DNA of 64,000 nucleotides from Podarcis melisellensis (GCA_964234715.1 OZ174276.1); one strand, 5' to 3'; positions 23,449-59,690 are shown, counted from the first letter of the stretch. Notes: generated by a model from the letters alone, not told the origin. Made by a program: numbers and translations.

Positions 23449-26400
23449 AATGTCAGTGTATAGTCATAAGTAGAACTACTTCTGTTTTTCTGAAATCAGA
23501 ACACCAGTGTGTTCCCCAAAGAAAACTTCCAGGTTTTGAGAGGTGATTTTTCAGGAAACAAATCGTAAGTAAAGCTAGGGGCAGGCAGATGTGAACATCA
23601 AGCATCATCATGTAACATTCTGCTTGACTCAAAGCAGCATACCCCAGTATAGCTTAATGTTGGGGTTTTTTACAAGAAAAAAGTTAGGAAAATTATTTAG
23701 GACTAGTCAAGTCTTAAAGCAGTACAGTTGATCAAATTTTAAACACTAAATGGATCTTGTTTTTGAATGCATTAATGTTCTTTAAAATTTGGTTATGAGC
23801 AATAGTACAAGGCTCCATTTCATAAGCAATATAGATATTTTAACAAAGTAACACACCCATCTATGCTACCGTTGTTTTGACTGTACTCCTTTTATTCCTA
23901 ATAATGGAAGTCCAGTCAGAATAAGCCAGCAGTTACATGCAGATGGAGCAGGCAACATCTCTTTGGTACAGAAATACCACTTATGGGATTTCTATACTAC
24001 TCAAGCCACTGTACGTCTCTTAGACTATATTCTATTGAAATCCATACCCAGTCTCTGCTGGAAAACTCAGTAATGTAGCCCACCTTTTTCCATATAAAGG
24101 TGATCCCTTTAGGTGCCCAATGCGTCCACCAGGACTTTGGAAGATGAGCACTAATACTTTGAATAGTGCCTGGAAATAAACCAATGCGCCTGCAAGACAT
24201 GTTTCTATTACCAAAACAGTCGGAACCCACATTTTTAACTTTCTGCCATTTCCAAGTGATCTTCGAAAGGGTATAACTAGGTCAATACTGTGCAGAAGAG
24301 TTCACAGCTCACTCAAGAGGCATCATGAAGATACTGAAAGGATACAGGGGGCCCCTGCAGGACCACATAGGATAAATGGCATGATGGGCCAAGCAGTAAA
24401 AGCCCTTGCCCTGTCTTCTGAGAGCAGCTGTCCAAGACAAGCACAACTACTGAAACACCGCCTTCAAGCTAGAGAGCTTGTCTTGAAGGATATCACGGTT
24501 GATTTTTATTTTTATTATTTATTAAATCTGTATACTGCTCTATACCCATAGATCTCAGGGTGGTTCATTACATGCCATCAGAGGCCACTGCAAGGTCCAG
24601 AATGAGCAGGGGCACCTCCTCCTTGCACAGATCATCCATCAAGGTAATACGATAAAACAGGTCTGCAAACGAAATTGGCAACCACATAATTGAGCACCTT
24701 TCCAAGAAGGTACTATTAAGCAATGCTTGGTCAGCATCTACAGAAGTGACATTTTTGGGGGAGGGAGAAAAAAATTTTAACAGCAGTTTAGGAGAGTGGC
24801 AAGAACTGCAGCAATTTGTGGTTGTGTGGTCCCTCCCCCCAAAAAAAATGCTTCTTGGGAGGCCAGATCCATCTACTCTAGCTACGATTTATTACACAGC
24901 TAATTGTTAAGTACCACTATATTAAAACTGAATAAATGCATGAATTTAATGTTACTAAATGTCAGCTGCACCTAGACTAGCCTTATTTTATTGGACAAGG
25001 AGTAGGAGATAATGGGAGAGGAGATTTCGATAAGGCCACCCAGAGCTACACCAGGATTCCTACTATCCACATGCAGCAGTGGGTCAACAAGACTAATCTG
25101 GCTTGTTACTATGGAAAATGTTATTCCTACAGTGTAAAATGTATTGGCATTGCTCCCTAACAAGGTTGGGAATAGCTTTAAAGAAAGTTACTTTACCAGC
25201 AAACGAGGCAAAATGAATCCCATAATTGCTATAAAAATAGCATTCATTTCTAGCTAGGCCAGACCACGCTGCAGTGTTTTAAGGTACAGTGCATTTGCAG
25301 AACGAATTACTCTTCCACTTACATTTATGTAGAACATGGGTGGGTTTAAATTTCAGGTCGCATTTCTAAAACTGGAAACATGCCAGACTGTTGCTTTAAG
25401 TATCTTTTTTTGAGTGGCATGCCTATGACTTGCACTGGAGAGGAGAAACTAAAAGCTTAAAGCAGGCAGTAATTTTAGCTTGGACAGGAGCCAGTAGGGT
25501 TTCAGAGAAGATGAAGCAGGCCTTGCCCAGTCTGCTTCTGCTAACTCTTCAAATTCTCAAATTACACCTCCCAACTTCCAGAACCTGAAGGAACTGCATT
25601 TTCAGTTTTTGCTTCTACATTATATATTTAAATGAAGATAACTCAGTATTTGCTAAGGGGCACAAACCAATGCTTTCCTTATCTCCCCATCCTTAGAGAA
25701 AGGATCTAAATCCAATACACCATCTTATGGGTAGAGAACGTGTTTCCTCCTTAAAGGATGCCAAAGTTAAGGCACTCATGTAATCATGTGGAAGCACACT
25801 AACTCTTTGCTTAAACTGTGTACTTTTATACTAGTGTTGAAAGCAGTTTTACACAGTATCTCAGTACACTTTACATCAAATGTGTAATGGAAGTTTCATG
25901 GGTCAACTATTGCACCTGGCATACCATGCTGTGCTCACATTGCATGCTAACTGCACTTCAGCTCTAGCCCACTATTGTTTAGCCACTAAAGAATGGGGCT
26001 AAAGTTAAAGCAGTTGTGCCCAGAATGTAGTCCAGACTGTAAATCAAACGAATCCATGTGGAGATCTCCAAAGAAACCCAGAAGAATTCATTCCAGAATG
26101 CCACAACTCAACCCACAATATGGACTGTACAGTTCAAAAGCTGGGTTGGATCCAGAAAGTCATGATGCATCTACTCTAAGAATGACTAAGGCTGCAACTC
26201 TAAACCCACTTACCTGGGAGTAAGTTCCACTGAGGTCAACAGGATATACTAATGAGTAGACATGGTTATGATTGACCCATAAATAAGGATCGAGCCCAAG
26301 GTACCAGGAGAAGGCAGAAAATACATACTGACAAAAGCTTGCTTTTCATGCACTATTCTTCAGTCATTGTTCACTTAACATATGAAGTTTGATCAGAAAA

Positions 26401-28231
26401 TGCACTTTACCAGGTACACTTTTCTGATACTGTGATGCTAATGTAAAACACCAACAAATCCAGACTTCAAACTGTGTAAGTCTTATAACTGTATAATGCA
26501 TGTTCATTACAATGCTGGGCAAGAACAAGTGCCAGCAGCAAGGAATAAAAGAATTTGAAAATCAACAGGCTTAAGTACACCTAACCCTGTTTAGGATTTG
26601 GACACTGTGCACACACTTATCCTCTCCATTGTTTACTCCTGAAACCCTAAAAGCACACAAAATGCATTAGCTTAACTCCAGAAATAAATGTAACTCACCC
26701 AATATTTGCATTATGATAGTGAATACAAAAGTGCCAAGCATTCAAAGCCACTGCAGTGCAGCTATTGTGGCACCTGAATACATTCATTGTAGGGGACATT
26801 TTTGAATATGCTGCAGAAAATATGAATTACAGAAAGGGTGGGAGTTCCTTGGAAAGCAGGGGTGCTTTTCAGTTCCTGGGTGTCATTTCAGCTGCAGCTG
26901 ATCAGAGGAAGTGAACAGCTCAGCAGGCACTACAAATGGCAGAGGCTTGTAAACAGCACATGGAAAGTGACAGCAAGTGTTTATGAACAGCAGAGGAACA
27001 TTGGCACAAGGATAGCTACAAAATGGAAGCCAGTCTTTGCATACCAAACTTAATACTATTAAGGAGAGTGCAAGCTGAAAGACACAACTGAAATTACGTT
27101 AGCAGTGATGCAATGCAACCCTGGGAAATGACGTTCCTTACCTTTGCATGGATTATCAATCAGAAAGTTACCTCTCACTCTTAATCCCTGAGCAGTTTTC
27201 ATTCATCACTACTTCCTGAGTAACTGACCTCCTTTATGCCTTAAAAAGAAATAAAGCCTACTGCATGCAACTTGTATACAACTTCCTACTGAGTTGCCTA
27301 ACATGATACTGTGTAAGATCAGGCAACCAGCGATCTAACACCCTCATTTATTACACACGGGATTGTCAATTCACCTTTAAAAAATCTTAATCCTGTTCCA
27401 AAGAATCTGCAGATTTGACTATGTCACCTCTACGAACCACCTCTAGGAGTCACCTGAAGGCCAAACTACATGTCTATAGATTTTATAGTAACACAGCCAG
27501 TATAGATTCCGCCCCCGGAAATGCTAGCTTCAGGGGAAGGGTCAAATTCCTCTTCACAATCCCAGTAATTATCAAGCGTTCACCCATCTGATGCTACAAG
27601 CATTTAATATCATATCTAGCCTGGCTCTTTAGTGAACTCGGTAACTTCCATTCCAGGCCTGTGGACAAGAGGCAGAGGATGAATTTGCATGATTTCTTCT
27701 GTAAAGTGACTCTTTCCATCACTATGTAGCAAAACCATGTGGAACTAGATAGTAAGGATTTGCTGGATGTGTGGTGAACTAAATGTATTTATCTGAGAGC
27801 AACCCACAACTGAAGATGCACACCTACACTTACAGTGATGATGGTTCAATATGGGAAATATGGGTCTGTGGGTCAAAAAACAGCTTACCTACATCTCCAA
27901 GGGACACTTTGCTGTGCCTGAAAGTGCTAAACTTGTTCTTGAAAACTGCATCACATCTAAAGATCCCTCAAAAGGCTGCTGGAGCTACAAAGCACATTCT
28001 TCAGAGAATATAACGGTGCGAGGAAATACACAGTTAATAGCTCTACAGTTCTTTCCAAAATGATATTTTAGAGGGGAATTGCTCCAGTATTTTCTTTGTT
28101 TTTATGCACACAGTGTACTAGATATTGCAGACAGGGCATCACGGCTACATAATACACACATTTAAGAACATGGTGCATACACATCAAATGTGGAACATCG
28201 GTTAAAAAACCGACTGAATGACAAACTTAAA

Positions 28232-28247
28232 TTTAATTTATTTTATT
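28232..28247 (-). terminator. RAF1 poly(A) signal cluster
   Basis: Minus strand reads TTATTTTAATAAAATAAATTAAATTT (overlapping AATAAA, AATAAA, ATTAAA), about 1 kb after the RAF1 stop; resembles the recalled 3' end of mammalian RAF1 mRNA. Confidence 0.75.
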
Positions 28248-29229
28248 AAAATAAGATAATCAGAAGAACCTGTGTTTACAATAAATGCTTTTCTCTGAGG
28301 GGCAATGAAAACAAAGTTAAAACCCAAATCAGCAAGGGAAAACCTGTATATACCAAGTTTCTTTATAGTGCATCTCAGGAAAAAAAGTTTCAAAACAGAC
28401 TTTATTTTGCAGAAATTTACTAACAGAATTACTTATTTTGCCTCTTCTCCTCCCAAAAAACTATAGTTTCTCACAGGACCCTCAGAGCACCGCAAGAAAC
28501 AAGTCCGAAGTACCCAACAAGCTTCTTATGTTACTGTTAGATGATTGTAGGAAGATTGTGCTAGCTTCCTTCTCTGGACAGTACTAGTTATAATATATTC
28601 CTTGCCTCAAAATTAGTATTTTCCACATGTGCAAAACTGTTTTGTGTTGACTTAATATTGGTGTTTAACGTTTCATGATCTTGAGAAATGCTTAGAAGTG
28701 GAAACTTTCCAGAGCTTGAATTCCCCTCTTCCCTTAAGTCTTCTTTGTGGATGATCATTTTAGTTAAAATTCCTCCAGCCTGAATGGCACAAAGTCTTAG
28801 AATATCAGAAGAACAGCACCATCTGCATTGACTTTCCTCAAATGCTAAGCTATTATTTTGCTATAGAAAAATACCAGTCTATTCAGCATAATGCAATTTC
28901 AAAGAAACCTGTTTTCTCTTTTTTTTTCCTTTTTCCTTTTTTTTTGCATATGGGATAAAGTAAGGCTCAAGTGCATCTATAAAAAATAGTAATAGGACCT
29001 CTTGTATACTGTCTCTTAACTATTTCAATATGATAACCTATAGAAAAAGGCAACGTGGAGTTTTTTGTCCCTGTAGGATTAGAACGGTAGAAATTCATAG
29101 CAGCTCATTCTCAAAACTGGCATCCAGCTGAATCCCATTGCTGGCTCTGCAATCCTGTAGACTGAGGCATTCAAAAGCACAACTGCTAGAACTGTTCCTG
29201 GAGAGCAGTGGGCAGCGCGCAACAATCTT

Positions 29230-50888
<21,659 letters not shown>

Positions 50889-51459
50889 TGAAGCAGTTGA
50901 AGCAGTAAAACCTTTTAAAAGAAGCACAAACACATTCTGAAAACAAGTCTCCTTAAGTGCAAAACCCAAAACAGTTAGATTGTTCAACTATAAATGAAAC
51001 ATTTGTGGTACTCGGGTATAGGCCAATGAATTATAATTTGCACAATCAAGGGCAAGTAAACCTTGTCAAGAGCTATGCTTATTTTTCTTTTGTGAGTGTT
51101 CATATGCACAGATATACACCTAAATTTCTGCAACCACATGCTGTGTCCATCAGTAAGGAAAACTGCAATGCATGTGTGACACAGCACAGATTCTTAGACT
51201 CTGCACATTAGAAGCCTTCACTCACTGAACAGCTAAAGGGATACCAATCCTGAGACAATGTAACTTTCTCTAACCCTCCATAGAATCAAACTGTACTGTA
51301 TGTTGATATACAGATATGTATATGAGAGTTAAATATCAATTTAATATGTTTTCTTTTAATTAATGTAAACTACTTTTCTCCCAGAAGTCTGCATTTAGCA
51401 GTACTAAGAGACATTGATTCACGACTACATTGTTAGCGAATTTACATATTTGTAAATTA

Positions 51460-51647
51460 CAGTGGACCCTCTGGATACGGTTTTAATTTGTTTCAGGGGT
51501 CCATGTGCACCCCGAAAAATCCGTAACCAGAGGCTCCGCTTCTGCGCACACACAAGCGGCAAAACCCAGAAAAATACCTCCGGGTTTGCCACTTTTACAA
51601 CCCAAAGATTACGTATCCAGAGAGGTAAGTAACCCGAGGGTCCACTG
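51460..51647. mobile_element. Tc1/mariner-type MITE
   Basis: Perfect 12-bp TIR CAGTGGACCCTC / GAGGGTCCACTG flanked by TA. Confidence 0.85.
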
Positions 51648-53332
51648 TATAGCTCTATTCATGTGCTACTTGCATAAAGGGGTGGTCATGCAATCAAGGT
51701 GTAGCAGGGCCACACTACTGGCCCACCCCAGAGGTCACATGGCTTCACTCAGCCCCTCCCCTGTTATCCTCACATTAGGTGTGGATGTCTGCAGGTGGAA
51801 AGCCTACATATGTAGATGTACACAGCTAATGAATAGACAACAGGGGAAGCCAACAAACTTCAGAAAAGGGGTGGCAGCCAACAATGTGCTTTCACTTTAG
51901 TGTGTGAGCACACCTTCATATCAGTAGCATATGAAAGGGGTTCATATGTAGAGTGTCTAAGTACAATTTGATTGCAAATTTAGTAGGCCATCAAATATTT
52001 TTTAGACTGTGGACCTACACGCTTATAAGTTTAATAAGCCCATTGAACATAATGGGAATTACTTCTGTGCAAACATGCATAGGATTGAGCTGCCAGTTGA
52101 CTAATTACTGTATTTAAGTAAGCCTGCATATAAAAATTTCAGGATACTTATCCTTTTTCCGATACTGGTCTAATACGATTTACAACTTAACAGAAGTTCC
52201 CATTTACTGTCAGAAAATTATTGTATATTTTCTTCTTCAGTCCTTATTACAGTAACATAGTAGAATCAAACCAGGCTAAAAGGAAAAAGAACCTTTATCC
52301 CTCAACTGCACCAATCAAAAATGGATCCTGATGTTTAATTGGTTAAAGCTAAAGTTGATTAATCAACTGATTAAAAATATTTAAGCTAGCAGTCGTAACA
52401 TTTAGATTTCCTTCCCACTATTGAAAGGGTGAGAAATAAATCATTTAATTGTATTACCGCAACCTATAGGTTAAAATTGAGGCACAATTATTTCCCATGG
52501 TCACAAAATCAATTACATGGTTGACCTGGGATTTGTCAAACATTTTGTATCAGATTCCAACTGACTTATATTGGAAAGTTTGGAGGAAATTTTCCATTCC
52601 AAAATCCACATACCTGTCCAGAATTACATAAATAAAACCATGAGGGATCCCTATCATGAGCAGAGAAAATGCAGCAGAAGAATGCAGGCTAAGGGATACA
52701 GTTGGAAGGAAAAGTAGTGATCTGTAGGAAATCTGAAGTGTAGTTCAGAGTTGTTGGTAAAGTTAGTATTTAGAACTCATATTGCACATTTCAAGGATTC
52801 CAAGGATTGCATCAGATACAATAAGCCATTAACTACCTGCATAAGCAACATACAAAAAAAGGAGACACCTCAAGGTGCTAATAAACAGTTATTCGTTGGT
52901 TCAGGCTAGGATAAATCTTAATCAGCTTCTTGGGAAGTGGTGTCTCTCTTTCATTTGGTAGATGCTTCCTTGTATTGTTTACTTCCATAGAGCGACCAAG
53001 TTCCTGTGACATCAGAGCCAGCTAAATGCAGTTCAAAAACTCCCTACAAACCAGAACTGAATCCAGGCACACAAGAAGAGGGCAAACTGGAGGGGAGGAC
53101 ATGCCTGGGCTCAAACATCTTTCATGCACCAAGAAACCAGTTGGCTGAAGCAGTCTATGGAGACAGTTTTCTTGTCCAATCAGATTTTAAAGCTACTAAA
53201 CAGGCACTTAATTAGAAAAGATTCAAGACGAAAGCAGCTATGTAAAATTTCCCATTGCCATGTTGCCACTAATGTTCCTTGCAATGCAATTCTCAGAAGT
53301 GTTTGCAGATCAAGGAACTTGTAAATTTAGAT

Positions 53333-53470
53333 CAGGGTTCAGGAATTTGTGGCCCTCCAGATGCTGCTGAACTACATTTCCCATCATTCCTCACCACTGG
53401 GCATGCAGGCCAGGGCTGATGGAAGTTGAGTCCAACATCATCTGGAGGGCCACAGGTTTCCCACTTCTAA
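53333..53470. mobile_element. Palindromic hAT-type MITE
   Basis: gtggccctccagatg...catctggagggccac inverted arms; flanks atttagat / atctagat. Confidence 0.7.
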
Positions 53471-55039
53471 TCTAGATCCTGCACATATCTGCAAATTGTG
53501 TTTACTGGAATAGAAAACCAACTAGCTGTGTTTGTTGCCCTTGCCAGCGTCAACATTTCTACAGGTCAAAAAAGTGAACAACAAACAGTAGTGCTTTGAA
53601 CTGCCGGCTCTGACCACTTTCCTTATCAGGGTCAGCAAGAGAGGTAGAATATTATCAATGTTCAAATGTCAACTTATTACTACAGCACGTGAAGGTATCA
53701 ACTCTATTTGTCTCTTGCTACCTTGCTTGTTTGGTAGATTCACATTCCATCCTTTTAAGGCACTCACAGTGACATGCATGGCTCTCCCCTAATTTTATAG
53801 TTCTCAACAACTCTCTGAAGAAAGGTAGGCTTAGATTCAATGACCATCTCAAGGCCATCATCCAATGAAAGGGGATTTAAACCCAAATCTCTCTGGCCCT
53901 AGTCTTGAAACTCTAACCACTAAATCATATTGTACCATAAATATTCCAAACATAATTCCAGGGCTCCCTTCATATATGGGAATATTTCAATTCAATCTCA
54001 AAAGCCTAGCAGGCAGAGGGAGGAACTTGCTGAAGGCCAACCATTTAGATTCATGGCTGTGCTGGCTCATTCAGATGTAAGAATATCCAGTTCAAATCCT
54101 GACTGATATAAAACCACTGGCCTGGGATTCCTTCATGAAAGGGCCTTTGATGCAGCAGACGTTCCCACGGACAGAAAGAGGAGGTGGCAATTTTCACCAA
54201 TACCCTTGCCACGTACAACCCTCCCACACTAATCCAGAGGGTTCCCCAACCAGCCAGAACAAACTGGGGGTGGGGGATCCATGCAAGACAAATCAGCCAA
54301 AAAATGCCTCATTTTTCTTACATGATCTCTGAATTGAATCCACTGTGTGGCTTTTGGAGAAATAACTCATAGTCTAACCATCCTCAATGGGCTGTTGGGA
54401 GGTTAAAACGGTATTCTGAGTCCCTAAACGGGAGCATACGACACAAATGTAACAAAACACAGCTGAACAGGGATTTCACCTCCCTACTTGAAACACAACA
54501 CAGTCTGGATTAATTTAGCAATTACTCATCCCTAACACCAGTTTAAAATGAAGTCTGATATGCTATTTTTTAATACAACAGAATTAATCAAGCAAACAGT
54601 TGGAATAACTTAAAGTAATGACAAGACAAAGAGTTAGCTGTAGTACTTTTATTATTATTTTTGTTGTAACTGTGATCTTTAGCTTATTTTTTAGTAGTTT
54701 TGTTAACAAGTGTTTCATAGATGCTAATTGTTTTGATGATTTGTAATTGTTTTACTAGTTTGTTATTTATTCTGTATGATTTCTGCTATATTTATGATGT
54801 TCTATTATGTTACTGTTATTTATTGATTGTAAGCCGCTTTGGAATTAATTTGAATGAAAAGTGGCAGAGAAATATAATCAAGTATAATCAATCAATCAAA
54901 AGTCTCAGACATAGTGACAGGAAAGCATTGACTGCTGGGCCAAATTCAATCTATTACAGACCGCAATCCACTGACAGAGGTTCTTTTCTTCATTTGCCCA
55001 CCTAAGTTCTACTCAAGAGTAAACCCATTGAAATTTTGT

Positions 55040-55380
55040 CAGATAGACTAACATGCACCAGAGACACTGTATTTTCAAGCGGTGGTCCCTGATCTATGAA
55101 ACTCCCACACAAGGGATATGAGTTGGCACCATCAGTTCTAGACTTCAAACAGGTTTTGAAGGCCTCTCAAATGGCCTTCAACCAAGATTATTTTATTTAG
55201 TTGGTGCTGGCTTTTAAACTATTGGGTTTTTTTTATTTATGGGTTTTGATTTTACATTGTGTAACCAGTTTCCTACTGTGTCATATTGGAATTGTAATTT
55301 TCTTGTGTTTTATGTTCCGTAAGCCACCTTCAGTGGACTCTGTCCTGAAATGCAGCCGAAATATATCCAAAATAAATAAA
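55040..55380 (+). mobile_element. Degenerate L2 3' end
   Basis: L2-like 3' region followed by gtaagccacc...aaataaataaa tail. Confidence 0.45.
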
Positions 55381-57656
55381 GCAGACAGCAAGAACAGAAG
55401 GTCAAAAGAAGAGGGGCAGCTACTTTCTCACTCATGTAATCTTGACTCTTTCCCCCACAGTACTGCAAACAGAGGAAGGAAGTAGATTAGCACAGCGAGT
55501 TATTGCTAGACAATTGGCATCTATAATTCCTTCCCCCATGCCAATTCTCAACCCTCCATGTCAGAAACTATACCAAGGAAAGAAAAGTAAGATTAATCCA
55601 TGCCAAGGGAGAAACAGCAGCTGCAGCAGCTACTGTGTGAGGAGGGTGCTTGAGAACAAACTCACACTGAAGGCATGACACTTGGTTCTCCATCAACCCT
55701 ACCCCTTTACCCTGAGAAGCCAACCTACCAAACTAGTTGTGGAGCAGGACTCCAATGTATTAAGAATCCAGAGTCTACTCCTTTCACTTATGAGTTTTCA
55801 CCTCAAGCAGGCTCCTGTCAGTATGCACTTGGGAGACTGGTAGTTCTTTTCAACTCTGCATTTAAAAAAGTTAGATAAGGTCAATGTTGAGTCTTGCAAA
55901 TACACATGAGTTAACAGAGCACAATGAACGGAGCCAGGCAACAGTCCCCATAAGAAGTCATGCAAGTTCTGAAAAAAAGTCATTGTAGCCAGTATGGAGG
56001 CAGGTCTTTGATCATTGAAATCTATAACACTATAGCCAACTACAAGCATCAAGGCTACAAGCATCAAATCTGCAATTTTCCTAAGACAAAAGCATGTCTT
56101 AAAATGTTCAATCCTGGCACATTGTCTTGTTTAAGACTTCCTGCAGACTACTAGTTTGGTTGCATTATGCAAAGAAACTATTTCTCTTTTACAGTTCTTT
56201 GTGTACACCAGAGGTTCCCTGCCACCTTTTCCTTTGCTACATTATTTCTGGTTGTCATTTTTGTATGATGATATGCCATAATGCAATATATAGGAGATAT
56301 TCCCTTTAAACTGCTACTGATATTACTAGCACTTCCAAGCAACCATGGGCAGGACTGGGATAAAAATTTAGCTATAAGTATAAGAATTGTTCCATGAGGG
56401 CAGCTACTGAGCAGAGTAAGAAACATTTTATTGAGGAAGAATTATCCAGATCATTAATTACTACATCACAAATAAATTCGCTCAGTAGCTAAATATAAAA
56501 TAAACTAAATTCTGTAATATTTTTATAGGCAGAAATTCAAACTTGGCCAATTTAAACTAAAATTTTTTTTGAAAAATTATTTTTGTCATGTGTATTTTAT
56601 GTTTTCCGTTCGAAGCTTTAAAAGAAAGAAGCAAAAATGACCCAAGAGAACCTGACATGCATTAACAAAAAGACACCTTTGATTAGGCAAGGGAGAAAAC
56701 AAAGCATCCTGTCTTCCTCAGGTATATAAATATGCGATAACCACACATTCAAATATTTTCAGCCCTCCTTTTTTCTCATGTGCCAAAAGAAAACTCACAG
56801 CACTTGCTCAACTCCATAATATGCCAATTAAACACTCCAGATTAAGACAAATGGTTGAGGAGTGCCCCATGGCCTGGACGGCAGGAACAAGGATCACTGC
56901 GCTAAACCCAAAATTTTAAACCTAAACAAACTTGTAAACAGAGCGGAATAATGAACTAACATTTTGTTAAGCCTCAATATTATGCATTTTACACATAAAA
57001 TATACACCACACACAATATACCTAACTGTAATCTGATGGCTCTTTTAGAACAGAAAAACCTCCAATACACATATGGGGGGAAACCAAAGCAGGAAAAATA
57101 TCAGGAAGGAGAGAAGTGGAACAAAGACAAAGTTAAACACTACTGATACTTTTCTGCTCCTGATTCTTTGAAAAAGAAAAGGAGTTCTGTCATATTTGCA
57201 TGTAGTTTGGGGAAACAGGCAGATCTTCACTGGTTTAACTCTAACTGCAACACCTACAAGGTAATTTAAAAGATTTGTGGGGAAACTTATGTGTGTATGT
57301 CACTGAGGTAACAGCTAGCAATTCTACAGTGGGGTCTACATTCTAAAATACAACAAATATATTTCCCTAAAAGCTGTACAGAACTCTTATAGCAATCGTA
57401 GTCTCAGTATGTGTGTATATGTGTGTGTGAAAACACGTGTGAATTTTTGAAAGATGATAAACATTGCGGCTTGCAAACAAACTATAAACAGAAGTATAAA
57501 TAATGACTAGTGGGAAGAAGTATACATTTTATCCTACACACTCACACACACCCCTAATAAAACCATCCCACCTTTTCTTGAGAGGTAATGGTAGCTAACA
57601 AACAAAATCTCTAAAATGAACAGATTTAAATGTAGCAGGCAGTCTAATGAAATCCT

Positions 57657-57712
57657 ATGATGATGATGATATTATTATTACTACTACTACTACTACTACT
57701 ACTACAACTACA
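57657..57712. repeat. Compound trinucleotide microsatellite (ATG)n(ATT)n(ACT)n
   Basis: Directly visible; probably an expanded retroelement tail. Confidence 0.9.
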
Positions 57713-57721
57713 ATTTGTATA

Positions 57722-57957
57722 CAGAGGTACCATGGGTTACGAACTTAATTCATTCTGGAAGTCCGTTCTTAAAACAACCCAAAGCGTCCTTAACTCGAGG
57801 CACGCATTCCCTACATAGGCTTCCTGAGGCCCCGGAAGCAGATTGCATTCATATCCCGGGGCAAAGTTCACAACCCGGGACACCTACTTCCACGTTTGTG
57901 GAGTTCGTAACCCAAAGTGTTCGTAAGCAGGACTGTTCGTAACCCGAGGTACCACTG
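57722..57957. mobile_element. Tc1/mariner-type MITE nested in an older retroelement tail
   Basis: TA + CAGaGGTACCatGGGTTACGAA...TTCGTAACCCgAGGTACCACTG + TA. Confidence 0.85.
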
Positions 57958-59499
57958 TACCACCCTTCATCCATAGATCTCAGGGCAGTTCACAATATAT
58001 AATTACAACATAAAAGGTACAAAAACATAATAGGATAGGGTTTTAAAATTTGAAAGGTTTACTGTTACACAGTGGGGGAGGCACACTTACACAGAGAGAG
58101 AGAATTAAAGAAGGTGTGGAAAACAGGACATTATACAACAAGATAGTTAGCTGAGCAACAGAACTCCTCTCTCCATTCCCTACACCTTCCCAAATTTGCT
58201 CCAGAGGGTTGGGGAAACCCCTGAACAGATTTTTGAGTAATATAGGAGAGAGAGGGGAAGTTCTGTGCTAACAGAACTACTTCATTGGATACTGGCTGTA
58301 TAGCTCAAAGATCACATATAAACTAATATTGTATATTTTCTTGTAACCCCTGCATGTCAAAGCATAACAACCCAATCATTGTACTAAATTTTTAAACTCT
58401 CCTTCTTATGAAGATGGCAGCACATGAAAACAGTTGAAAATCCAACACATGCAAAAAGCCTGAGTACCTTTTCAACCCTCACTATATTCAACAGCTAACA
58501 AATGTTTCACAACTGTGGTATAATTCCAGATTAAGGGCTGGAGTACACATTACGCTTTGCCACTGGGATGCTGCCAAAACCATCATCCTGCTCATAACAT
58601 AGAGAAGTACTTACTGTGTGGACCTCCGCGATCATGTTATGAATTTCCATGCTCCTGTTTTCAGCAGCATCACTGCCATGGCAAACGTAGTTATGTGCTC
58701 CAGCCCTAAGAACACCAAATGCAATACGTCCATCATAACTAGGCTCACACCAGATACATTAAGTTCATATACTATAGATAATATTCTGAAAATATGCAAG
58801 TTGGCTATATTCTTTAGCACATAATTCTCAATTGCCCTTCTTGGTACATACAAAGCAGCCAACTTTTCTGTTATGGACTCATGTTCACTGACAATATTTG
58901 CTAATCATGAGCACATAATGAAACACAGCTTAATTTTGATGTATATGTATGACCTTAAGCTTCATTAAGAGTGAAACGGGGAGGTTACCTCTATATGCAT
59001 TTTTTAAAAAGGTGATAATATACACATTTAGTTTCTAGATTCTAGGCAGCTCCATTTAACTGAGATCTTTGATATATGTTAAGATGTTATATCAAGAAGC
59101 TTGAAATAAATTTGCTGAGCTCTGGGGTTGAAATGTGCTACAAGGGTTCCAAAACCAAACACTTACCATTTCCCACCTGAATCCTGATCAGACACACTTT
59201 TGGAAGATTCAAGGCCTGTATAGTGTAGTGGGGAACCAGACATTTTGGACTCCACCCCACCCCCCATTACATATCGTATTGTCTTTTCAGTGACTACTGA
59301 AAACCCTCGTTTTTTCTAACAAGTCCTTTTAAGAGGAGATTTGTATCCACAGACTGTATCTGCATTAGATTCGAATTGTTTTCATATATGATTTGTTGAG
59401 AAAATATTTTTATAGATGAAATTGGTTTGTTTGCTTTCATCACTGACGGGATTCCAGTCATAATGGTCAGTAATAGTCAATCAGAGCCAACGTACATAG

Positions 59500-59690
59500 C
59501 GATTAGGGTTGAACTAGGACCTGGGAGACCAGGGCTCAAATCCCCACTCATCTATGAAGCTCAGTGAATGACCTTGAGCCAGTTACAATCGCTCAGCGTA
59601 ACATACCTCGTATGAGGCTGCCGTGAGGATAAAATGGAGAAGGGAGAATCATGTAAAACACCTTGAGCTCCTTGAAAGAATGGTGGGATT
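59500..59690 (+). mobile_element. MIR/CORE-like SINE
   Basis: ctgggagaccagggctcaaatcccc...gaccttgagccagt...gtgaggataaaatgg; similar copies near 30905-31060 and 53740-53930(-). Confidence 0.55.

Noticed and set aside
23997-24232. Two overlapping minus-strand ORFs (77 and 66 aa) between MKRN2 and RAF1
   Set aside because: No recognisable motif or exon boundaries; probably 3'UTR or intergenic sequence.
28914-28946. A-rich tract on the RAF1 strand resembling a poly(A) tail or processed pseudogene end
   Set aside because: Interrupted low-complexity tract inside the 3'UTR with no TSD; relevant only as an oligo-dT mispriming site.
59167-59215. Possible 49-nt RAF1 5'UTR exon (tacag|...AAATG|GTAAGT)
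   Set aside because: Strong donor but weak pyrimidine tract, and its ATG would be out of frame with exon 2; such motifs arise by chance. Needs junction reads.
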